NCBI GenBank assembly: GCA_041548245.1
Contig: JBFESZ010000053.1
Coordinates: 1-13,559, forward strand
Direction of reading: 5' to 3'
From: Sulfurimonadaceae bacterium
Lineage (GTDB): Bacteria; Campylobacterota; Campylobacteria; Campylobacterales; Sulfurimonadaceae
DNA length: 13,559 nucleotides
Below the pieces are notes generated by a model. That model was not told the origin of the DNA. It searched no databases and saw only the letters and a list, made by a program, of their open reading frames with translations. Shown one piece after another: positions 1-7,022 of the stretch (position 1 is the first letter of the stretch; each line of letters opens with the position of its first letter). The position numbers were made by a program, and so were the translations under genes.

Positions 1-28
1 AAACGCTTATGCAGGTTGTTAAACTGTA

Positions 29-520
29 TCATGCTCTGCTCTTCTTCCCTAGCAGCACATAAAGACGTCGTCCCATGATCACTATCAAAGAGAGTACCAA
101 TATCTTGAAATCCAGTTCTGAACCCAGATGCAGGTTTTGAAACTCCTGACTCTGGGTCGCTTCCTCTCCCAGGGCTTGCATCTGAAGGATTTTAGGCGTA
201 TATACGCCTATGAACAGAGCAATCGTCGAAAGAGCGACCATCGTAGAGAGCATAACTGTCATATCCCGCTGTAATATCTTGTAGGAATAGGCTTCATAAG
301 CCATAATCACGATGCCCATAAAACCAAGGAAATAGGTAAACTTATCAAAGCCCTGCGCCATGATCTGGCCTTCTTGATAATGTGAAAGCATTGGACCGAT
401 AATATCTTGGGAATGAAAGATTGTCGAGGTCATGATTATCCCAAGTGTCAAGATCCCACCTATGGTAGTTCCCAAGAGGATCAAATAGATCATATCGATA
501 CTGCGTTTAAGTTCTGGCAT
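29..520 (-). CDS. Small multi-pass membrane protein, DUF4149/TMEM205-like
   Basis: 163 aa with about 4 hydrophobic segments. The C-terminal 'FQNLHLGSE' resembles the F..LH..S pattern of DUF4149. AAGGAG SD at 528-533; overlaps the prmC stop by 14 bp. Confidence 0.7.
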   Translation of the reverse strand: MPELKRSIDMIYLILLGTTIGGILTLGIIMTSTIFHSQDIIGPMLSHYQEGQIMAQGFDKFTYFLGFMGIVIMAYEAYSYKILQRDMTVMLSTMVALSTIALFIGVYTPKILQMQALGEEATQSQEFQNLHLGSELDFKILVLSLIVIMGRRLYVLLGKKSRA

Positions 521-1352
521 CTTCTTTCTCCTTTAATAGTTCCAAAATAAATCCCCGATCATGTCCCGCATAATCTTTGTAAAACTCTAAAGACACTATC
601 TTTTTATCTTTACAATAGGCTTCAATTTTGTCCTTTTGATCATATCCCATCTCACAGGCCAATATACGGACATCTCTCTCAAATGCCTCGTCAATTAGGC
701 GTCTAAGAATTTCGTCTCCCACCTCTCCGCCAAAAAGTGCATTCTGTGGCTCATATCCAAGATTAGCGTCCAAAATCACCTCATTGGCGATATAGGGAGG
801 GTTGGAGACAAGGATGTCTATAGGTTTATCGATGCCTTCAAGAAGATCTGTGAGGACAAGATCAATACGCTCACTTAATCCCTTATCCCTTATATTGATC
901 TGTGCTATGTCAATCGCTTTTTCACTGATGTCAGTTGCCATAAAGCGAGCATCCTTAAGATGCTGAGCCAAGACAATCGATATCACGCCGCTTCCCACAC
1001 CGACTTCTACAATCGACTCCCTCGTTGAAGGATCAAGCTTTTCAAGTATTTTTTCGATCAATAGCTCAGTCTCCGGACGGGGAATAAGTGCACCCGGAGC
1101 AATATAAAACTCTTGGGAAAAGAAACTGACACACGAGGTAAGATATTCTATAGGCTCATCCTGGGCACGTCTGTTAACAAGTTCCATATAACCTTCAGCA
1201 TCACACTCTTCATCTAGGTGGGTCAGAAGATAGAGCTGGTCTTTTTTTAAAATACTTCCCAACAATATCTCTGCCTCCCGGCGCGGACGTTCAGCTATCT
1301 CCCGTAACGCAGCTGCACCGAGTTCAAGCCATTCATCTACTGTTCTGGCCAT
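507..1352 (-). CDS. prmC: Peptide chain release factor N5-glutamine methyltransferase (HemK/PrmC)
   Basis: Motifs RRAQDEPIEYL, ALIPRPETE, SAM-binding EVGVGSG, catalytic SNPPY and EMGYDQ; 281 aa. Confidence 0.96.
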   Translation of the reverse strand: MARTVDEWLELGAAALREIAERPRREAEILLGSILKKDQLYLLTHLDEECDAEGYMELVNRRAQDEPIEYLTSCVSFFSQEFYIAPGALIPRPETELLIEKILEKLDPSTRESIVEVGVGSGVISIVLAQHLKDARFMATDISEKAIDIAQINIRDKGLSERIDLVLTDLLEGIDKPIDILVSNPPYIANEVILDANLGYEPQNALFGGEVGDEILRRLIDEAFERDVRILACEMGYDQKDKIEAYCKDKKIVSLEFYKDYAGHDRGFILELLKEKEDART

Positions 1353-2581
1353 GGACCTTCACTTGCACTTGAATGATCTGATGTGATATCTATACCCAGT
1401 TCTTTCAGACGTTCCATCACCGGAGGGTGTGTATAGTGGAAGAAGATATAGAGTGGATGAGAAAGTGGGAAGCTCTTGTTCTCACTCACCAGCTTTTGCA
1501 AAGCAGATGCCAGATGCTCTCCACCACCCAGTTGTGCACCTGTCTTGTCTGCTTCAAACTCGTTATGTCGGCTCACGACACCCATTAAAGGCATCATAAT
1601 AAACCCAAGTACAGGCATAAACAATAGGAACAGAACCATAATGACACCAGGAGTCGGGGCCACACCAAGCTCTAGAAAAAGGTTTTCATCCAAATTTCCA
1701 AACAGTGCAAACATACCAAAAAGCAGTGTTCCCATCAACCCCATATTCTTATAGATGTCACCATGGGCGAAGTGTCCCAGTTCATGACCCAAAACAGCCA
1801 AAAGCTCTTTTGCCGTAAGTTTTTCAATCAAAGTGTCAAAAAGTACAACCCGTTTTGTCTTCCCTAAACCGCCAAAGTAAGCATTCAAACGCGCGTCGCG
1901 TTTGCTTGCATCCGAAACGAAGATACCTGAACTGACAAAGCCTGTCTTTGCCATCATTTCTTCAATACTCTCTTTAAGCTCGCCATCTTCCAACGGACTT
2001 ACCTTGTCAAAGAAGAGCGCACGGACTGTTGGAAAAAACATATTGACCAATACAAGCACACCAAAGATAAACAGAAAACTATAAAGCCACCACATCTCAA
2101 ACTTGACCATGATCGCATTAACACCCCAGATCACAGCTGCGCCAATCACCAACATAATCACTGTACTCACAATGGTGTCTCTGATATAAAGCGCCACGGT
2201 TGATTTATTAAACCCATACATTTCATCAACGACAAACTTCTGATAAATCTCAAAGGGCATGGATACCATCGCATTCAAGATGACAAACCCTAATACAAAA
2301 ACAATGGTATGCAGTGTTGGAGAAAGTGTCATAAACTCTCCATCAAGCCATGCTATACCCATGCTCATCCAAAAGATCAAAACAGCATATTCTACAATGG
2401 TAGAGACGATGCTAATGCGCTCTTTGGTTATCGCATAATTACCTGCTTGGATAAACTCTGTAGGCCCTAAAAGAACATTCGTCTTGTTTTTTGCTTGAGA
2501 AAGATACCCGATCTGCATGACACTGACATAGATGCGGATTAATATATAAACAGTATAAATTCCAATGGCCAAATTTAGCAC
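1337..2581 (-). CDS. M48 family (Ste24/CAAX prenyl protease-like) membrane zinc metalloprotease
   Basis: HELGH zinc motif, NAYFGG, EFEAD third ligand and HPP motif, several TM helices. GTG start with AAGGA SD; overlaps the prmC start by 16 bp. Confidence 0.93.
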   Translation of the reverse strand: MLNLAIGIYTVYILIRIYVSVMQIGYLSQAKNKTNVLLGPTEFIQAGNYAITKERISIVSTIVEYAVLIFWMSMGIAWLDGEFMTLSPTLHTIVFVLGFVILNAMVSMPFEIYQKFVVDEMYGFNKSTVALYIRDTIVSTVIMLVIGAAVIWGVNAIMVKFEMWWLYSFLFIFGVLVLVNMFFPTVRALFFDKVSPLEDGELKESIEEMMAKTGFVSSGIFVSDASKRDARLNAYFGGLGKTKRVVLFDTLIEKLTAKELLAVLGHELGHFAHGDIYKNMGLMGTLLFGMFALFGNLDENLFLELGVAPTPGVIMVLFLLFMPVLGFIMMPLMGVVSRHNEFEADKTGAQLGGGEHLASALQKLVSENKSFPLSHPLYIFFHYTHPPVMERLKELGIDITSDHSSASEGPWPEQ

Positions 2582-2605
2582 TTATATCCTTTTGCTTTTT
2601 TACGA

Positions 2606-2614
2606 ATTTTATCA
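2606..2614 (-). promoter_or_regulatory. Extended -10 promoter (TGaTAAAAT) for the M48-prmC-membrane protein operon
   Basis: Minus strand reads TGATAAAAT about 25 nt upstream of the GTG start, with the SD in between. Confidence 0.6.
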
Positions 2615-2636
2615 TCTTTGACTTAAGTGCACCTCT

Positions 2637-2663
2637 AAAAAAACAGTTGTCCTATTTAGACAA
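2637..2663 (-). terminator. Possible weak intrinsic terminator after the MATE gene
   Basis: TTGTC/GACAA inverted repeat (2647-2663) followed on the minus strand by a T7 run (2637-2643). The stem is short. Confidence 0.3.
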
Positions 2664-2685
2664 ATCGAACTGCTCTTTATTTGAT

Positions 2686-4026
2686 TTAATCCGACAAGAC
2701 AGAGACTTCATCCAATTTTTTTCGGCTGTATATCCATGTTACAATAGCAGAAAAAGTGACAATCATAGCGATACCTATCCATATCCATACGACCTGTACA
2801 TCGAGATAGACAAACAGGCTCAGCAGTGCAATCGGAGCTATAATCTGTCTGAAAATAGAAATATAAAAGATAAAGTCCGGTTTTTTAATCCCCTGTAGCA
2901 TCGCAAGATGCACAAATATAACCATAAAGGCGAAGAGAATAAATGCCTCGATACGAAGATAAAGGACACCCTCTTGTATCACCTTGGCATCATCAGAGAA
3001 AAGGCTCATAAACTGCTCTGCCCCACTTAAAAGCAAAAACATACCAACAACAGAGACGATGCCTCCGTAATAGAGTGAAAGTCTCAAGGTCTGCTCAATC
3101 CGTTCAAACTCCAAAGCACCGTTATTTTGTGAGACAATCGCCAAAACAGCGACATTAAGGCCGATACTAGGCATCAGAACGATCTGTTCTATACGCATAC
3201 CGATTCCAAACGCGGCAACGACCTCTTGACCGTATGGTGCGACAAAATAGGTGATGATGAAGATGCCTGTTGCCATCATGATCATGTTTATACTGGGAGG
3301 AAAACCCTGTCTAAGCAGTTCCTGATAGACCTTTATATCGACTGAAAACCCTTTCATATGTTGAAGCAAAGGTGTCTTCTTAAGTCGATAAAAAAGATAG
3401 AACATCGTCATACATTCTGTAACAATCGTTGCAAACGATATCCCCTTTACCCCCTGTGGCTGTATGCCAAGACCACCATAGACAAACCAGTAGTCCAAAA
3501 GAACGTTTAAAAAAGATGAGACAATCAAAATGTTCCTAAAAGAGACCGTATCCCCCATGGCATTCAACAAAGCATTGATAAAATAGCTCAGTACAAAAAA
3601 GACAGACCCGTAAAGGATGATGTTAATATAAGCCAATGACTCTCTGAGATAATCACCATGTGCACCCAAAAGCTTCATCAGATAAGGCGTTGAGAGCACA
3701 CCTGCCAATGTCAGAACAAAAGAGAGAAAAACAGCGAAAAACAAAGCATTAAGTGCGATATGAATCGCATGCCGCTCATCTTTTTCTCCCAGGGCATTCC
3801 CCACAAGAGCGGTAACAGCTTCACTCATGCCTCCGGCAAAGGCTATCATCATAAAGAATATCGAAAAAGAGAGCGTCAGTGCCGAAAGCGCCTGTGTTGA
3901 TATCTGCCCTGCAAAGTAGGTATCAGTCACGTTGTACATGGTATGAAAGAGAAAACCGACACTGGCAGGAATCGCAAGTTTCTTGATCTGTATGGCAATA
4001 TCATCTTGGGTTAAATCTATATGCAT
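2686..4026 (-). CDS. MATE family efflux transporter
   Basis: 446 aa with about 12 TM helices. N-terminal DLT...LAIPA, YNVTDTYFAG, NVLLD and VAAFGIGMRIE are typical of MATE repeats. Confidence 0.93.
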   Translation of the reverse strand: MHIDLTQDDIAIQIKKLAIPASVGFLFHTMYNVTDTYFAGQISTQALSALTLSFSIFFMMIAFAGGMSEAVTALVGNALGEKDERHAIHIALNALFFAVFLSFVLTLAGVLSTPYLMKLLGAHGDYLRESLAYINIILYGSVFFVLSYFINALLNAMGDTVSFRNILIVSSFLNVLLDYWFVYGGLGIQPQGVKGISFATIVTECMTMFYLFYRLKKTPLLQHMKGFSVDIKVYQELLRQGFPPSINMIMMATGIFIITYFVAPYGQEVVAAFGIGMRIEQIVLMPSIGLNVAVLAIVSQNNGALEFERIEQTLRLSLYYGGIVSVVGMFLLLSGAEQFMSLFSDDAKVIQEGVLYLRIEAFILFAFMVIFVHLAMLQGIKKPDFIFYISIFRQIIAPIALLSLFVYLDVQVVWIWIGIAMIVTFSAIVTWIYSRKKLDEVSVLSD

Positions 4027-4032
4027 TACAAT
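4027..4032 (+). promoter_or_regulatory. Putative -10 box (TACAAT), possibly giving a leaderless mRNA for the 4039 gene
   Basis: TACAAT lies 6 nt before ATG 4039 and there is no SD. Confidence 0.45.
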
Positions 4033-4038
4033 ATCTTT

Positions 4039-4335
4039 ATGAATTTATATACGCAAACACCTGAACCTCCCAACAAACCATGTAAACTTTTAAAACTTTT
4101 GCTTACTGCTTTATTGAGCTATGGTGCCTTTATGGTCGGTCTTGGTGTCTGGTGGTTTTATAACTGGTATTATGCCCTGTCTGCCCTGTTATTATCTTTT
4201 ATATTAATCGGCATATTGCGTTCTAAACTTCTGCACAGTTCCATTCCAAGGATCCAGCAGGAATTCACCTATTCGGACAGTGACATCATAGGCTGGTATC
4301 TACATACAAACATCTGCTCCGCTAAAGCCGAATAG
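4039..4335 (+). CDS. Hypothetical small membrane protein (2 TM)
   Basis: Two hydrophobic segments and a polar C-terminus; fills the gap between MATE and ABC-F. ATG 4039 is preferred over 4021, which overlaps the MATE start codon. Confidence 0.75.
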   Translation: MNLYTQTPEPPNKPCKLLKLLLTALLSYGAFMVGLGVWWFYNWYYALSALLLSFILIGILRSKLLHSSIPRIQQEFTYSDSDIIGWYLHTNICSAKAE

Positions 4336-4337
4336 GC

Positions 4338-4343
4338 TATAAT
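4338..4343 (+). promoter_or_regulatory. -10 box (gcTATAAT) for the ABC-F gene
   Basis: Perfect TATAAT just after the upstream stop codon, about 60 nt before ATG 4405. Confidence 0.6.
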
Positions 4344-4364
4344 TCCACAATAAAAGGACTTCCC

Positions 4365-4385
4365 TTGGAATGTTTCTTTAAATAA
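4365..4385 (+). other. Candidate upstream leader ORF (MECFFK) of the ABC-F gene
   Basis: AAGGA at 4354-4358, a 6-nt spacer, then TTG GAA TGT TTC TTT AAA TAA. Confidence 0.3.
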
Positions 4386-4404
4386 ATATTTTTCTGGACA
4401 CGAC

Positions 4405-6357
4405 ATGGCACTAATCGACCTTCTTGGCATTCATAAAAACTATTCGGCGCAGAAGATCCTCGTCAACACAAACTTCAACCTTGAAGAGGGTGAACGTGTT
4501 GTCATCGTCGGTAAAAACGGCAGCGGAAAATCAACACTGATGAAGATCGTCAACGGGACACTCGATTTTGATGAGGGTGAACGCATCACCAGACAGGGAC
4601 TTGAGGTAAAGATGCTTGATCAGGTTCCCAAATTCAAAACCGGTGCGACTGTCAGAGAAGCCGTTGAAGATGGCCTGGGTGAACTCAAAGCGGCAAGTGC
4701 ACGTTTTGATGAGCTCTCTTTACTCCTTGCTGAAGACTATGACAATACAGAACTGATGCAAGAACATGCAGAGATTTCGAGTTATCTTGACCATCACTCC
4801 GCCTGGAACCTTGATGACAAGATCGAACGTATTCTGGAGCATTTTCAACTTAAAACCTATGAGAACAAAAACATCGACCTCCTAAGCGGGGGTGAACAGC
4901 GTCGTGTCGCTTTGGCCGGACTGCTGCTGTTAAAGCCTGACGTCTTACTCCTGGATGAGCCGACCAACCACCTAGATGTCTATATGGTCGAATTCTTGGA
5001 AGAGCTGCTACTTAAAGAGAAGTTCACTCTGCTCTTCATCTCGCATGACCGTTATTTTATTGACAGGATTGCAACTCGTACCATCGAGGTCGAAGATGGA
5101 GCCCTTCGCGTATTTAGAGGAGGATATTCAAACTATCTGACTCAAAAATCAGAGATTATGCGTACCATGCAGAAGCAACACGAGAACCTCTTGCGTTTTC
5201 TCAAGACAGAGAACGAGTGGTATTCACGAGGTGTTCGAGCACGGCTAAAACGAAACGAAGGACGTAAAGCCCGGTTAATGGAGTTGCGTGAGGCGGCAAA
5301 GACCAATCCTGCGCAAATACGAAAAATGAAAGTCGAACTCGAACGCGAACAGAAGAACTTCCAACGGGATAAAAGTATCAATAGACAGAAGATGCTCTTT
5401 GAAGTCGAAGACCTCTGCTACAGTATTGGTAACAAACAGCTGATCAAAGATTTCAGTATCCGTATTCTGCAAAAAGATGTCATTGCCATTGTCGGACCAA
5501 ACGGGAGCGGAAAATCGACTCTGCTTAAACTTCTTCTTGACAGGATTAAGCCTGATCGTGGAAAGATCGACAGAGGTGAGTTCAAGATCGGTTATTTTGA
5601 CCAGCATAGAGAGATGCTTGACGATTCCAAAAACCTAATCGAGACCTTTTGTCCCGATGGTGGCGACCGTGTCGAAGTTCAAGGCAGTAACATGCATGTC
5701 TACGGCTATCTTAAGAATTTTCTCTTTCCGAGAGAGTACCTGGACAAGAAGATCGGCGTGCTTAGCGGCGGTGAAAAAAACCGTATCGCATTAGCCCTTC
5801 TCTTTACCAAAAAAGTCGATATATTGATCCTGGATGAACCCACGAATGACCTCGATATCCCGACGATAAACATCCTTGAAGAGAAGCTTCAACATTTTCC
5901 TGGTGCTGTCATCCTTGTCAGCCACGACCGTTATTTCGTCGATAAGATTGCGAAGAAACTGCTGATCTTCAAAGGCAACGGCCATATCGAAGAGAGTTTC
6001 CAGGAATACAGCGAATACCTCAATATCGAAAAAGCTCTTAACGCGATTGCTGAACTGGAACACTCTCCGCAACGAAAGAAAGAGGCCATCGATGAGATGG
6101 ACGATAAACTCAAAAAAGAGGTCTTCAAGCTCACTTATAAAGAAAAAGAAGCACTTAAAAAACTCCCCGATCAGATAGAAGCACTTGAGATAAAGATTGA
6201 AGAGATCAACACCTGTCTAAGCAATCCTGAATGTTATCAGGAGATCGGTTTGAGTAAACTCTCAAAAGAGTTGGAAGAGACAGAAGCCAAATATGAGGAA
6301 CTAGTCGAAGAACTTCTTCGTATCGAAGAGAAAGTAGAGATCATTGAAGCCCAATAA
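4405..6357 (+). CDS. uup: ABC-F family ATPase, Uup-like
   Basis: Two intact ABC domains (GKNGSGKST/LSGGE/LDEPTNHLD/SHDRYF and GPNGSGKST/LSGGE/LDEPTNDLD/SHDRYF), no TM helices, a basic interdomain linker and a C-terminal coiled coil (LTYKEKEALKKLPDQIEALE) typical of Uup. Confidence 0.9.
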   Translation: MALIDLLGIHKNYSAQKILVNTNFNLEEGERVVIVGKNGSGKSTLMKIVNGTLDFDEGERITRQGLEVKMLDQVPKFKTGATVREAVEDGLGELKAASARFDELSLLLAEDYDNTELMQEHAEISSYLDHHSAWNLDDKIERILEHFQLKTYENKNIDLLSGGEQRRVALAGLLLLKPDVLLLDEPTNHLDVYMVEFLEELLLKEKFTLLFISHDRYFIDRIATRTIEVEDGALRVFRGGYSNYLTQKSEIMRTMQKQHENLLRFLKTENEWYSRGVRARLKRNEGRKARLMELREAAKTNPAQIRKMKVELEREQKNFQRDKSINRQKMLFEVEDLCYSIGNKQLIKDFSIRILQKDVIAIVGPNGSGKSTLLKLLLDRIKPDRGKIDRGEFKIGYFDQHREMLDDSKNLIETFCPDGGDRVEVQGSNMHVYGYLKNFLFPREYLDKKIGVLSGGEKNRIALALLFTKKVDILILDEPTNDLDIPTINILEEKLQHFPGAVILVSHDRYFVDKIAKKLLIFKGNGHIEESFQEYSEYLNIEKALNAIAELEHSPQRKKEAIDEMDDKLKKEVFKLTYKEKEALKKLPDQIEALEIKIEEINTCLSNPECYQEIGLSKLSKELEETEAKYEELVEELLRIEEKVEIIEAQ

Positions 6358-6856
6358 AGAGAAGCTTAAATACTGGGCTAAAGAGCTTCTGACAACATCC
6401 CTGCTCATCTTCATAATCGCCAATGCCATCAGTCTTTTTCGTGCACCCGGCATAAAAGATAAAACACTTCCGGAAATAAACACCCTGCTTACCAATAATG
6501 AACTCTACTCGAGCCTAGATTACAAGAACAGACCTTTGCTGATTCACTTCTGGGCGACATGGTGTCCGACCTGCAAACTCGAAGCCGGAAATATCCAAAC
6601 TCTTTCTAAAACGTATGATGTTCTTACCATCGCTGTCAAGTCAGGAGACGATGAGAAGATCAATGCCTATCTCAAAGAACACGCCCTCGACATCAAGACG
6701 ATCAATGATCACGAAGGTATCCTCGCCTCACAATTCTCCGTCTCCGCCTTTCCTACAACCTTCATCTATGACAAATCGGGAAAATTGAGCTTTACCGAGG
6801 TCGGCTATACCTCGACCTGGGGCTTATACCTTCGAATGTGGTGGGCAGACAGATAA
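6344..6856 (+). CDS. Membrane-anchored TlpA/ScsD-like thiol-disulfide oxidoreductase (redoxin)
   Basis: N-terminal TM, HFWATWCPTC active site, cis-Pro loop AFPTT, C-terminal GYTSTWGLYLRMW. TTG start overlaps the ABC-F stop by 14 bp. Confidence 0.88.
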   Translation: MKPNKEKLKYWAKELLTTSLLIFIIANAISLFRAPGIKDKTLPEINTLLTNNELYSSLDYKNRPLLIHFWATWCPTCKLEAGNIQTLSKTYDVLTIAVKSGDDEKINAYLKEHALDIKTINDHEGILASQFSVSAFPTTFIYDKSGKLSFTEVGYTSTWGLYLRMWWADR

Positions 6857-6977
6857 TATAGCATACGAACTGTCTCTGTAAAATATGAAAAAAGCTTTTT
6901 CTTGATCATTTTACAACGAAAATTCCGACGCCATAATCATCAAATAATCTCCAAAAACACAATCCCCATTTAGAGCA

Positions 6978-6986
6978 TGCTATAAT
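6978..6986 (+). promoter_or_regulatory. Extended -10 promoter (TGcTATAAT) of the diguanylate cyclase
   Basis: Perfect TGnTATAAT 36 nt upstream of TTG 7023. Confidence 0.7.
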
Positions 6987-7001
6987 TAGTCAGACTGACT
7001 A
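6987..7001. promoter_or_regulatory. Perfect palindrome TAGTCAG-A-CTGACTA, candidate repressor operator
   Basis: 7-bp arms with a 1-nt spacer, directly after the -10 box and spanning the expected transcription start. Confidence 0.45.
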
Positions 7002-7022
7002 TTGAAAAATAAGGTTATAACA

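Noticed and set aside
1476..2898. Plus-strand ORFs 1476-1754, 1902-2084 and 2647-2898
   Set aside because: Antisense shadows of the M48 and MATE genes, with no recognisable motifs.
4405..6357. ABC-F as an antibiotic-resistance determinant
   Set aside because: The Uup-type C-terminal coiled coil and core-genome context indicate a housekeeping ABC-F.
5142..6495. Five minus-strand ORFs within uup and the redoxin gene
   Set aside because: Antisense to well-supported genes and not protein-like.
6885..6905. Micro-ORF MKKAFS* containing the palindrome AAAAAGCTTTTT
   Set aside because: Resembles a prepilin start only superficially, has no SD and no continuing homology; a low-complexity palindrome is expected in AT-rich DNA.
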